From: Acinetobacter phage ZZ1 | Sequence record: NC_018087.3 | Length of the DNA stretch: 64,000 nt | Direction: 5' to 3' (one strand) | Shown: piece by piece, positions 42,023 to 51,825 of the stretch | How the letters are laid out: every line of letters starts with the position of its first letter | Numbering within the stretch: position 1 is the first letter of the stretch | The notes under the pieces: generated by a model | The model's database searches: none | Seen by the model: only the letters and a program-made list of their open reading frames with translations | Told to the model about the DNA's origin: nothing | Made by a program: the position numbers and the translations under genes

Positions 42023-42024
42023 TT

Positions 42025-43176
42025 TTATTCATCCACAATATTTGTTCTGTACTCAGGTGGTACAAAGCGGCCAAAATTTTTCAGAAATACTTTATTGATT
42101 TCTTTAACCATATCTTCAATAGAAATTTTACCGGTGTATAATAACATAGAAACACCAAAAAGTTCAAACATATTTAAATTTTTAAAGTATGTTTGGGCAT
42201 CTATGGCATAATCTTTCCGCTCTACTCCTTTATGGCTATCATGGAAACGGGTTAATTCAGTAATAGCCGTGTTTAAATAAGTGAAAAATATATTTTCAAA
42301 TTTTTCAATTTTGGCTTTAGATAGTTCATCATCAAACAATGATTTAATATCATCTGAACCACCTTCAACAACTACTTGAAATAAACCCTCATTATTGTTT
42401 AATGTGTCTTTGACTCGATGTAAATTTGAATACCATGCAGTTTTAAGTTTAAATTGAAGACCTGATTTCATTACAAATACATAGCCTTCTGTATTTTGCA
42501 TTGATCTAATTTCTTCAATGACTTCATCAGGATCACCCTGTGGAATTATTGCATCCACTAAAAATGGTCGCAATGCAGCATCAGCTTGAATTTCTCGATA
42601 CGGTACATACTCGCCAGTTTCATTATTACGGATATTTAATAAAATTAAAGCTCGTTCTGGATAAGCAATAACAATTCGATTATTAGGTGCAACATATTCA
42701 AAATTACATGTATAACCAGCTTCAGCTAATTCTAAAACACGGGCTCTTAAATGTTTATATTGAATAGCCCACAATAAGTTTGTAGCCTCAATCGCTTGCG
42801 TAGACGTAATACTGGCCTTTGATTTTAAGTATAAATCACCTTTATCAATGTAAGATGAAACCAATGAACCATCTACTTTATCCATACCATACTCAATTGT
42901 AGATAAATCTAAATCTGTAGTAAATGGATTTTCATTTAAGTTAAAAAATTTCTCCATTGGTCTTGACATAATACGAACTGGAGTTTCATCATCCATTTCG
43001 AACATAATGCCTCGACATTCTAATGCATCGGGTTTTAACCAATCACTATAACTTGCATAATGGTATGTAAAGATGCGAACTTTTGTACCTTGAATAGTTG
43101 TAAAATCTTTATAGAAAAAATTAGTAAAATTACCCGGCACAATTAAGGCCATTAAATTGTTGTATAATTCTTGCAT
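42025..43176 (-). CDS. rnlA: RNA ligase 1 (RnlA, gp63; also tail fibre attachment catalyst in T4)
   Basis: Close match to T4 Rnl1 (MQEL.NNLM.L..., YASYSDWL.PDALECRGIMFEMD, MEKFFNLNENPFT). KxDG nucleotidyltransferase motif (MDKVDGSL). Confidence 0.9.
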   Translation of the reverse strand: MQELYNNLMALIVPGNFTNFFYKDFTTIQGTKVRIFTYHYASYSDWLKPDALECRGIMFEMDDETPVRIMSRPMEKFFNLNENPFTTDLDLSTIEYGMDKVDGSLVSSYIDKGDLYLKSKASITSTQAIEATNLLWAIQYKHLRARVLELAEAGYTCNFEYVAPNNRIVIAYPERALILLNIRNNETGEYVPYREIQADAALRPFLVDAIIPQGDPDEVIEEIRSMQNTEGYVFVMKSGLQFKLKTAWYSNLHRVKDTLNNNEGLFQVVVEGGSDDIKSLFDDELSKAKIEKFENIFFTYLNTAITELTRFHDSHKGVERKDYAIDAQTYFKNLNMFELFGVSMLLYTGKISIEDMVKEINKVFLKNFGRFVPPEYRTNIVDE

Positions 43177-43185
43177 GACAACTCC

Positions 43186-43216
43186 AAAATAAAGGGGCGA
43201 AAAGCCCCTTTTTATT
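43186..43216. terminator. bidirectional terminator (GGGGC-GAAAA-GCCCC with A/T-run flanks) between nrdB and rnlA
   Basis: Seen directly. Confidence 0.65.
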
Positions 43217-44348
43217 AACGTTTTAAGTATTTACGACGGAATTCAGCAATTATATTTGAATCCACATCATTGTCAATTTGATTAATCAAGTAAGAACTTA
43301 ATTCAGCCTCTTGCTTTGCAACTTGTACCGAAGATGCCATTAAGTATTTGTTTACCCAAGGCAAAGGGTGTGATTTAGGTCGTTCAATTGGGCAACGCAA
43401 CCCAACGTTATTCATTGATGGTACTAATTGGTAATCAATAAAGTCCCAAACAAGTTCAACGGTTAAACCATCTGGACACCCATTGCGATAAACATATTGA
43501 GCCCATGCACGTTCTTGATCACGAACATCCATAAACATAGATTCAGCTTCTTCTTTACATTCAAGTGCAATTTCGCGCCATTCTGTGCCGTCAATACCTT
43601 TGTTCATTTGTTGAATGATATAACGAGTGCCTTGGTGATGAAGGTTTTCGTCTCGTGCAATAAATTGCATGATTTTCATGTTACCTTCCATGATTTTCAT
43701 GTTTTCAAAGAAGTTCCACGTCGAGATGAAAGACACATAAAAACGAATTGCTTCTAATGCATTAATTGCATGTAAACATAAGTACAATGCTTTCTTTAAT
43801 TCACGGAATTGTTCAGGAGTATCAACGCCGCGAATTTTATCAGCTTGCCACAAAATAGTTTGTTGACGTAAAGCATCATAGCGTTCACAGATTGCGGTGG
43901 CTCGAGCCATAATTTCTTTATTTGCAACTACGCCATCAAAAATTTTAGATGGGTCAGAATATAAGTTACGAATAATATGTGTGTATGACCGAGAGTGAAT
44001 AGTTTCAGAGAACGTCCACGTGACCAACCAAGTTTCAAGTGCAATATCAGAACAAATATCACCAAGGGCTAAAATTGGAGCTCGGCCTTGTACAGAGTCC
44101 ATTAGAATTTGATAACCAAGATTATTTGTAAAAACTTCTTGCATTGCTTCGTTTAATTTCTTAAACTGGCCGACATCCGTTGAAAGGTTTACTTCCTCAG
44201 GTCTCCAAAACTGCGCTAATTGATTTGTAGTTAAATCTTCAAACTTTTGATGCTTTACTTCTTCATAACGTGCCACACCAGTAGGCTCACCAAAAAACAT
44301 TGGCTGTAACATATGATTGGCTAATTGATTAAAAACTGTGTTGCTCAT
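43215..44348 (-). CDS. nrdB: ribonucleotide reductase class Ia beta subunit
   Basis: Di-iron/tyrosyl radical motifs (FSETIHSRSYTHII, EAIRFYVSF). 377 aa, continuous with no intron. Confidence 0.95.
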   Translation of the reverse strand: MSNTVFNQLANHMLQPMFFGEPTGVARYEEVKHQKFEDLTTNQLAQFWRPEEVNLSTDVGQFKKLNEAMQEVFTNNLGYQILMDSVQGRAPILALGDICSDIALETWLVTWTFSETIHSRSYTHIIRNLYSDPSKIFDGVVANKEIMARATAICERYDALRQQTILWQADKIRGVDTPEQFRELKKALYLCLHAINALEAIRFYVSFISTWNFFENMKIMEGNMKIMQFIARDENLHHQGTRYIIQQMNKGIDGTEWREIALECKEEAESMFMDVRDQERAWAQYVYRNGCPDGLTVELVWDFIDYQLVPSMNNVGLRCPIERPKSHPLPWVNKYLMASSVQVAKQEAELSSYLINQIDNDVDSNIIAEFRRKYLKR

Positions 44349-44365
44349 TTAAAATTCCTATGTAG

Positions 44366-44383
44366 TGAGGCCCGAAGGCCTCA
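44366..44383 (-). other. intercistronic GC stem-loop (GAGGCC-CGAA-GGCCTC) between nrdA and nrdB
   Basis: Seen directly. Confidence 0.4.
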
Positions 44384-44402
44384 ATTTAAATCTATTGTAT
44401 CA

Positions 44403-46814
44403 TTAAAGTTTGCAAGCATCGCAATCCGCTTCTGATGCATCATCTACGCCTGACCCATCATCCGTATTGTGATAATACATATTCTTGTTACCAAAATAGA
44501 AACAGAACAACATATCATCCATCATTTGCGACATAGGAACTTTACCATTTTCATATGAATTTGGTACATAATACGTGTTAATTGAAATGGCTTGGTCGGT
44601 CCACTTTTGTTCAATAGCCATTTGAGTTAAATAACCCTTATTGCCATTGCGTGCGGCAGATTCCCATGCAAAATCATAGAACATCTGATTTACTTCATAG
44701 TTAGGAACCATTTGGTTAAACGAACCATCTTTGGATTGTTTATAAGTTACAGGCTTAAGAGGTTTTTCAATACCATTTGTTGAATTGGATACTTGAGAAG
44801 ATGATTCACAAGGCATTTGGGCAGATAACGTTACATTACGCATACCAAATTCTTTAAGATCAATTCGTAATGCTTCCCAATTCAATACGTAGTTTGGCGG
44901 AACCAATTCATCAACATTTTTACAATACCAATCGATCGGTAATTCACCACGGCCATATTTGGTTTTCCAAAGTTGTGGCGAAGGACCTTTCTCTTTGGCT
45001 AACTCAATCGATGCTTTGATGAGAGCATATTGTAGACGTTCAAACAATTCATGAGTAAGCTCATTACCATCTTCATATGATGCTGCTTGTGATGCTAACC
45101 AGGCAGCAAAGTTAGTAACACCAATACCTAATGAACGGTATTCTTTTGCTTTTAATGCATTTTTATGAGGATAATCTTGATAATCAAGTAAGTTATCCAA
45201 GGCGCGTACCATTACCATACCGATGCGATTTACTTCATCCTGGTTCTTCCAATCAAAGTTGTCAAGTACCCAAGCAGATAGTGTACATAATGCAATTTCA
45301 CCGAGGTCTTCTTGAACATTAAACGCATACTCATTTTCAGTAGGTTCATATTCATTTGATACACGCTTAAACAAATCTTCTACGGTTGGCAATACAACTT
45401 GATTTGTTCCATAAGTTTCAATGAATTTAACAATATCACCTTTTGCAACGGCAAGGCGTTGATCTTTATATGTACCTAATGCAACAGTATGCAGGGCGAT
45501 TTCTGCACATAAGTTAGACATTTTAACGGGTGCAATTGTACGAATCCATGGGCCAAAATTATTGATATTATCCACATGTGATGGGTATAAACGAGCAGTA
45601 TTTGCACGTTCTGTCATGAATAAACCCATAAACAACTCGGTTGCTTTAATACGTTTTTTACGTACAAACGGGTCCTTTTCTAAATTTTCATATAATTCAC
45701 GGAACAGATTTTCATCTCGGAAGAATGCATCATAAAGTTTACCCTCTAGTACATCCGGGCTAAACAATGTAACATAATCATCCATTAAATAGCGTTCAAT
45801 CATTAAATTGTTTAATTGAATACCATAATCCATATGACGAATACGGTTTTCTTCAATGCCCTTATTGTTCTTAAGAACCATAAGGTTTTCACATTCTAAA
45901 TGCCAAATAGGCCAGTACGCAGTAGCAGAACCTTTACGAATACCACCTTGAGAACATGAATGGACCGCTGCATTTTTAAGTTTCCAAAATGGTGTTACAC
46001 CAGTGTGTTTAACTTCACCTGGACCAATTTTAGACCCTTCGGCACGGATTGCACCACCGCCGATACCAATACCAGCACGTTTAGAAACATATTTTACAAT
46101 AGCTGATGTACTTTCAGTAATTGAATCTAGGCTATCGCCGGTTTCAATTAAAACACATGAACTAAATTGACGAGTTGGGGTACGAACACCGGCAAGAATA
46201 GGAGTAGGTAAACTAACTTGTTTTAATGATGTTGCATCATAAAAATCTTTTACGTATTGAATACGTTTATCTAAAGGCTCATCTTGATGTAAACACATAC
46301 CAATGAGTATAAACATAAATTGTGGTGTTTCATAAATTTTACCAGAAGATCGATCTTTTACAAGATACTTATCTTTAACTTGCATCGCACCTGCATATGT
46401 AAAATTAAAATCACGGTCATGATCGATAATTGAATTTAAACTATCATAGTCTGCTTTAGACCACTTTGTTAAAAGTTCTTTATCATATACACCCTGTTCT
46501 ACACCAGATTTAACATGATCATATAAATGGGGTGGATCAAATTGACCAAATACTTCTTTACGAAGACCAAACATTGCTAGATTTGATGCGACATATTGAT
46601 AATCTGCGGATTCGACTTGAATGGAATCGGCTGCAACTTTAACAATAGCCCGTTGAATTTCAGTTGTGGTCATTTCATCTTTAAAGAATACTTGTGCCCG
46701 TTCATAAAGTTCATACGGATTAATTGTCGTACCTTCGACAGACCATTCTAAAACTTGAATAATTTTTGCAGGGTCAAACTCTTGTGCAATACCTGAACTT
46801 TTGATTACTTTCAT
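44403..46814 (-). CDS. nrdA: ribonucleotide reductase class Ia alpha subunit
   Basis: N-terminal ATP-cone, active-site NLCAEI, and a C-terminal Cys pair. 803 aa. Confidence 0.95.
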   Translation of the reverse strand: MKVIKSSGIAQEFDPAKIIQVLEWSVEGTTINPYELYERAQVFFKDEMTTTEIQRAIVKVAADSIQVESADYQYVASNLAMFGLRKEVFGQFDPPHLYDHVKSGVEQGVYDKELLTKWSKADYDSLNSIIDHDRDFNFTYAGAMQVKDKYLVKDRSSGKIYETPQFMFILIGMCLHQDEPLDKRIQYVKDFYDATSLKQVSLPTPILAGVRTPTRQFSSCVLIETGDSLDSITESTSAIVKYVSKRAGIGIGGGAIRAEGSKIGPGEVKHTGVTPFWKLKNAAVHSCSQGGIRKGSATAYWPIWHLECENLMVLKNNKGIEENRIRHMDYGIQLNNLMIERYLMDDYVTLFSPDVLEGKLYDAFFRDENLFRELYENLEKDPFVRKKRIKATELFMGLFMTERANTARLYPSHVDNINNFGPWIRTIAPVKMSNLCAEIALHTVALGTYKDQRLAVAKGDIVKFIETYGTNQVVLPTVEDLFKRVSNEYEPTENEYAFNVQEDLGEIALCTLSAWVLDNFDWKNQDEVNRIGMVMVRALDNLLDYQDYPHKNALKAKEYRSLGIGVTNFAAWLASQAASYEDGNELTHELFERLQYALIKASIELAKEKGPSPQLWKTKYGRGELPIDWYCKNVDELVPPNYVLNWEALRIDLKEFGMRNVTLSAQMPCESSSQVSNSTNGIEKPLKPVTYKQSKDGSFNQMVPNYEVNQMFYDFAWESAARNGNKGYLTQMAIEQKWTDQAISINTYYVPNSYENGKVPMSQMMDDMLFCFYFGNKNMYYHNTDDGSGVDDASEADCDACKL

Positions 46815-47140
46815 AAATCCTCTATACTAAATTCGTCTTTAAAAATTCTGTTAACTACCTTAGCAATTATATCACCATGACATGCGCGAGGCGCACAAGT
46901 GCAACCTAAACGTTGCCCACGGAGCACTTCTAAATGATCAATAGTAATAACACCAGATTTGACCTGGTTAATAAAATAGTCTTTAAATAGGGGAATTGCT
47001 TTATCACCATATTCTTCTACAGTGAAGGGATTTCCCCAAATTGTCCCGCGCTGAATATTCACATCGAAGTCGGATTTGTATTTATTAACAACTCGGCAGA
47101 CCTCATTGGCCCGCCATAGTCTCACAGATCGATCTATCAT
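46811..47140 (-). CDS. DUF4326-like protein (WGNPF ... CTCxPxxCHGD motif)
   Basis: TIWGNPF and LGCTCAPRACHGDII conserved blocks. Confidence 0.45.
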   Translation of the reverse strand: MIDRSVRLWRANEVCRVVNKYKSDFDVNIQRGTIWGNPFTVEEYGDKAIPLFKDYFINQVKSGVITIDHLEVLRGQRLGCTCAPRACHGDIIAKVVNRIFKDEFSIEDL

Positions 47141-47346
47141 TTTTTAGATTCAAGTTTTGTCTTTGCATCAGAATATTCTAATGCAAAGTAAATTACTAAA
47201 GCCCAAGCAAAAACAGCAGAAGCAAAAAATGGATCATTTGACACTAGATATGCCAAAGCACCAAAACCTCCTGCAGCCGGAATACCAAAACACCAGAATT
47301 CAGTCATTAATACTAAAATTGGAATTATTGCTTTAAACTTATTCAT
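47137..47346 (-). CDS. hypothetical small membrane protein (69 aa, two TM segments)
   Basis: Hydrophobic profile; coupled between td and the DUF4326 gene. Confidence 0.4.
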   Translation of the reverse strand: MNKFKAIIPILVLMTEFWCFGIPAAGGFGALAYLVSNDPFFASAVFAWALVIYFALEYSDAKTKLESKK

Positions 47347-48278
47347 TACGCTGACATCGGCATCGGAATTGCAGGATGATGCAAGTAATTAATCAATTTA
47401 AAATCTGCTGGAGTTGCCTTTTCAAAATCTTCCAAAGTACGTAATTCTGGATTAATCCAAAGTTTTGGTAAATCATATGGTACACGAGTTAATTGCTCTT
47501 TAATGCCATCGATTTGGTTTAAGTAAATGTGTGTATTACCAAATTGACCAACTAATTCACCAGGTTGCTTATTTAAAATACGACAGAAAATATGTGTTAA
47601 AACAGCATAAGACGCAATATCAAACGGCATTCCAAGCGGAACATCTACACTTCGCATTTTAAACAATAAACTAAGTTTATCGCCTTGAATATTAATCTGG
47701 AATCCAGTATGACAAGGTGGTAAGATAGGTTTATCAACACTTAACTCTGTGCCTTGTGGACCAGTTGGATTTTCCCAAGTTAATTGTGGATTGTATGCTT
47801 CTACCAATAACCGACGTGAAGTTGGATTTGCTTGAGCTTCTTTAATTACAGCTTTTACCTGGTCCAAACGAGGTAAAAATACAAGATCACCATCGGCATC
47901 ACGAACTGCATTTAAACCAAATCCACGCCATTGTGTACCATAAATTAAACCACAATACCCATCAGTGTATCCAAGTTCTGTACCTTGTTTTTCATAGTTT
48001 GCGTCCCAAATCGTTTTCTTTTCAGGATTATAACGATGCTCTTCACCATGTGTAATTGCACGCAATTCATTTAAATCTGTTGAACCTCGAAGGAACCACA
48101 ATAATTCTGCAACTACAGATTTAAATGCTAATTTTTTAGTTGTTACTGCCGGAAACCCTTTTGATAAATCAAATTTTAGTTGTTCACCAAATGTAGCTAA
48201 AGTGCCGACACCTGTACGATCATCACCTTTATAACCATTTTCAAGTACATGTTTTAATAAATCATTATAGTTACGCAT
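47346..48278 (-). CDS. td: thymidylate synthase
   Basis: ThyA motifs (TRRLLVEAYNP, LPPCHTGFQ, DVPLGMPFDIASYA). 310 aa, uninterrupted with no intron. Confidence 0.95.
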   Translation of the reverse strand: MRNYNDLLKHVLENGYKGDDRTGVGTLATFGEQLKFDLSKGFPAVTTKKLAFKSVVAELLWFLRGSTDLNELRAITHGEEHRYNPEKKTIWDANYEKQGTELGYTDGYCGLIYGTQWRGFGLNAVRDADGDLVFLPRLDQVKAVIKEAQANPTSRRLLVEAYNPQLTWENPTGPQGTELSVDKPILPPCHTGFQINIQGDKLSLLFKMRSVDVPLGMPFDIASYAVLTHIFCRILNKQPGELVGQFGNTHIYLNQIDGIKEQLTRVPYDLPKLWINPELRTLEDFEKATPADFKLINYLHHPAIPMPMSA

Positions 48279-48319
48279 ATTAAACTCTCAGTTAAGGATA
48301 ATTAAATTATACCGTGAAA

Positions 48320-48841
48320 TTACAGTGAGCGAATAGTTTCTACAAGTTGAATACCCGGCGAAATATTCCAAAAATTAATATCTTGAATCATGCCAAATGT
48401 TTGACATGCAATTAAAAAATCTTTACTTAAATGTTGGGTAATCTCTTTTGTAGGCTTTAATACTAATTGAGATTCATAAACAATATTCGCATAAGGTAAT
48501 GCAATCTTAAGTAATTCTGCGCCACCGATTATTGAATAAGTTTCAAGTTCATCTTTTGACCATTCTTCTAAACGATCATAGATATGATCAATATTCGCAT
48601 ATCTATATGCTTTGCTGCCATCTTTAGTTTTAGGGGCAGTTCTACTAAAATTACATGCAACAATATGATCACGATCGGGTAATAAACCAGGCAAAGACAT
48701 AAATGTTTTTGCGCCCATTACTAATTTTGTATTAGTAGTCCACTTTTTAAAATTTTTAAAGTCTTGACTAATGTGTGGCCAGGGCATACCATCATGAGAA
48801 CCAAATGCAGTGCCGCAATGCGCAAATACAAGTTGAATCAT
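48320..48841 (-). CDS. frd: dihydrofolate reductase
   Basis: MIQLVFAHCGTAFGSHDGMPWP N-terminal DHFR signature. 173 aa. Confidence 0.85.
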   Translation of the reverse strand: MIQLVFAHCGTAFGSHDGMPWPHISQDFKNFKKWTTNTKLVMGAKTFMSLPGLLPDRDHIVACNFSRTAPKTKDGSKAYRYANIDHIYDRLEEWSKDELETYSIIGGAELLKIALPYANIVYESQLVLKPTKEITQHLSKDFLIACQTFGMIQDINFWNISPGIQLVETIRSL

Positions 48842-49224
48842 TTTAAATATCCTTTTTGTTCAAAATATGTTTCCGGTTCATTTTTACAAGAAATTTTATA
48901 ATGCCAAATATTATGCACACGCACACGTGTAATTTTATATCGATCATGCATTTCATGGCCTTTCAAATCAAAACAATATTTTAAAGCCATACAAATAAGA
49001 ACACGCTTAGGCATAATTTTCAAAATAATTTTACTAAGAAAATCTAATTTGTAACCCATCGCATTAAAAATTTCAATAATCCAATCTCGGCTTAAACGCG
49101 CAAATGTTTCACGTTCTGCTGAATTTTTTAACTGTTGTGCGCGGTTTAAAAACTCTTGACGTTGTTGCTCTTTAGTATCACTAACTAACTTTGCAATTGC
49201 ATCTAAATGCTTTTCTGTTTTCAT
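48838..49224 (-). CDS. hypothetical protein (frd.1-like position)
   Basis: ORF; synteny. Confidence 0.4.
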   Translation of the reverse strand: MKTEKHLDAIAKLVSDTKEQQRQEFLNRAQQLKNSAERETFARLSRDWIIEIFNAMGYKLDFLSKIILKIMPKRVLICMALKYCFDLKGHEMHDRYKITRVRVHNIWHYKISCKNEPETYFEQKGYLK

Positions 49225-49550
49225 TTCAATTTCTCCATAAATTTTAGAGTTGCATCTTTATCAAATTTTGTAAAAGACTTAACTTTTACAAAGGGCTGTT
49301 TTTCTCGACGTAACATAACTTCATGATTTGATACCCGATGCAACACCCAATCATCTTCAATTTCATAAACCACAAGATAATCATATCGATTAGGTTTAAA
49401 TTTGGAATTATTAAAATTTCCATCTTTAACCCGTTTTAAAAATTCTATTGTATCAGTAAACCATTTAAAGCGACTTTGCCATGCAAAAGGTTGAAATTCT
49501 GATACCTTATTGAATTCATCTTCACACATTAAACGATATAAAGTAATCAC
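49221..49550 (-). CDS. hypothetical protein (frd.2-like position)
   Basis: ORF; synteny. Confidence 0.4.
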   Translation of the reverse strand: MITLYRLMCEDEFNKVSEFQPFAWQSRFKWFTDTIEFLKRVKDGNFNNSKFKPNRYDYLVVYEIEDDWVLHRVSNHEVMLRREKQPFVKVKSFTKFDKDATLKFMEKLK

Positions 49551-50035
49551 TTAGATGTACTCAAATTTGTAACCAAATAATTTTCCAAATGCCCTAAATT
49601 TTGACGTAATGATTGTGCTACATTAAGAGCTTGTTGAATTTCGTCTCGACTTTTACTCTCTAATGAAGATGTTACCAACTTGGTTAACTTTTCATTATTT
49701 TTTGCAATTGCAGCAGTCAGACGAAGTTCTATTGGCGGAAGCTTATCACCAATTAAACGTAAATTTTCATTTAGAATATCATAACTATTAAAGAAACACC
49801 ACATACCAAAAATATCAATATCTATAGTATACACAGCTTTTGTTTCAATGTCTTTAATCATTGTTACGCCAACCGTAATTCCATTACGGTCATTTACTTC
49901 AAGCACTTCAAATTTAGCACCAGGGACAAATGCTGGAACATAATGACTTATAGCCGCATTGGATGCTGTAGTATGATTCCAACGATCTAATACTTCATAA
50001 ATTTCGCCTACACGAATTTGTGGGTAATTACTCAT
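49547..50035 (-). CDS. hypothetical protein (frd.3-like position)
   Basis: ORF; synteny. Confidence 0.4.
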   Translation of the reverse strand: MSNYPQIRVGEIYEVLDRWNHTTASNAAISHYVPAFVPGAKFEVLEVNDRNGITVGVTMIKDIETKAVYTIDIDIFGMWCFFNSYDILNENLRLIGDKLPPIELRLTAAIAKNNEKLTKLVTSSLESKSRDEIQQALNVAQSLRQNLGHLENYLVTNLSTSK

Positions 50036-50092
50036 ATATCATGCACTCTTTAAAGTATTTGAAAATTATATCACAACTAAAATAAAAATGGA

Positions 50093-50123
50093 ATAAAAAA
50101 AGAGGACCGAAGTCCTCTTTAAA
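50093..50123 (-). terminator. terminator after gene 32 (AAGAGGAC-CGAA-GTCCTCTT followed by T6 on minus)
   Basis: Seen directly. Confidence 0.7.
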
Positions 50124-50124
50124 A

Positions 50125-51044
50125 TTATAAACCTTTTAACAAGTCATCTAAACCAGGATCAGCAGCCGGAGCAGCTTTAACAGGTTCAGGTGTTGCAGCA
50201 GGTTCTACATCAGTTTGAGCGGTAGCAGTGAAACCAGCCATTTGCTCTTCAAAATTATCAAGTTCATTTGCAATATTATCAGCCTGAGTTGCGGCTTGTG
50301 CTGCTGCACCACCCATAACAGCAGTACCCATAATACGTTTAAATGTTTCTTCATTTTTTTCAAAATATTGAATTGATCTTTTGCAGTTAACACATCAATA
50401 TCAACCATATTATCGATTAATTGTTTTTGATATGCTTCATCTTCAATATTTTGAATCTTAGATTGACCTAAGAATTTACATTCGTCGTAGTTGCTAAAAC
50501 CACCAACTTGCTTAACTTTAAGAATAAAGTTTGCACCTTCGAATGGACATGTTACATCAACAGGAATTTCACCCATATCAGCATTTACTTCAATCATCGC
50601 ATTGATCTTATCCATAACTTTTTGACCAAAACGATATTTAAACACTTGACCTTCATTTTTAGGATTAGCTGGGTCTTTAATAACCAAGATGTTACACCAG
50701 AAAGAAGTTTTGCGTTTAATTTTACCATACAATTGATTGTCTGTATTATATAAATCATTATCAGAAATATATTTACATACAGGGCATGATTCAAAATCGC
50801 CATGAGTAGATGTACAGTTTTCGATATACCATTTACCGTTATTTTTGAAACCGTGGTTTACAAGTTTAACAAATGGGATTGATTCGGGTGTACGACCAGG
50901 CAAGAAACGAATTACAGCAGTACCATTTTTTGCATTGTCTAGCTCAAGTTTCCATTCTTTACCATCGGCTTCATTAAATGAACCTGCACCTTTCATTGCT
51001 TGAAGTTGAGCGGCTAATTGAGCTGGGTCTTTACGTTGAAACAT
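50125..51044 (-). CDS. 32: single-stranded DNA-binding protein gp32, with a frame change at an A7 run (50354..50360): body in ORF 50205..51044, acidic C-terminal tail in ORF 50125..50331
   Basis: N-terminus matches T4 gp32 (MF.RK..A.LAAQ...G..F...D.EWKL.LDNA.NG.AVIRFLP). The tail ending LDDLLKGL matches the T4 gp32 C-terminus LDDLLNDL but is in the -1 frame. Joined length is about 306 aa against 301 in T4. Confidence 0.85.
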
Positions 51045-51160
51045 AATTTATTTTCCTAACAGTTGGTGATACACCTTGGATATTAAACTCACAAAAGCTT
51101 GTGTACCTAAGCTTCAGGAGAGATTTTATTTTATCATTAAGATTTTGAAAAGCATCTTAA

Positions 51161-51168
51161 CAATATTA
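51161..51168 (-). promoter_or_regulatory. late promoter TATAAATA (minus strand) in the gene 32 leader
   Basis: TATTTATA on the plus strand, 117 nt upstream of the gp32 ATG. Confidence 0.4.
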
Positions 51169-51174
51169 TTTATA

Positions 51175-51825
51175 TCAGTATTTTGCAGCCTTTATTGATG
51201 TTTTAAATGCCTCACGGCACTCATCAGCATCAACTATAAACAATAGTCTATAGGCTTTTAATCGTACCGAATAATTCGACCATATGATGTTGTCATATTG
51301 ATCATGCTTTTCAATAATATTCAAAAAGCTATCAAGCATAATAAATGTTTCAAATGAAATTATTCCACTCTGTAAAAGCTTGAATATATAAGACATTTGA
51401 GTTGATTCATTATAACAAAAGATATCGTTAAGCGAGTTTACATTAACTTTCTTTGCAAAATAATAAATGTTTCGAACATCTGCGTCATATCGAGACTTAA
51501 CTTGACGAAGTCTAGCTAAATAAGTCTGATAAAAGTTGACGGCATCTGCATCAGAAATATCGCCAATCCAAGCATCTTGGTTGGCAACCAAATTACTAAT
51601 GAAGATTAAAGACAATTCTTTAAGAGTAAATTTTTTAGACAATTTTTCAAAGAAAAATTTATCTTTCCGTTTGGCGTATGCAGAGTCAGAAACTTTCATA
51701 CGCCAATCGGATTTAATGACATCTCGACGACCATTAAAATGATTTTTCAATTGAAGATACAAGTTATATACACTTTTGCCGTCAATTTGAATGTTATTGT
51801 TTGGAGGCAATAACAATTTAACCAT
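51175..51825 (-). CDS. 59: gp59 helicase loader
   Basis: Matches T4 gp59 (IDGKSVY.LYL..K.H.NG..DVIK..W.M.VSD.AY.KR.DK.FF.KLS.K). 216 aa against 217 in T4. Confidence 0.9.
   Translation of the reverse strand: MVKLLLPPNNNIQIDGKSVYNLYLQLKNHFNGRRDVIKSDWRMKVSDSAYAKRKDKFFFEKLSKKFTLKELSLIFISNLVANQDAWIGDISDADAVNFYQTYLARLRQVKSRYDADVRNIYYFAKKVNVNSLNDIFCYNESTQMSYIFKLLQSGIISFETFIMLDSFLNIIEKHDQYDNIIWSNYSVRLKAYRLLFIVDADECREAFKTSIKAAKY

Noticed and set aside
47346-48278. Possible group I introns or intron homing endonucleases in td, nrdB or nrdA (as in T4)
   Set aside because: All three genes are single uninterrupted ORFs of full length with catalytic motifs in order; no intron-sized insertions are present.
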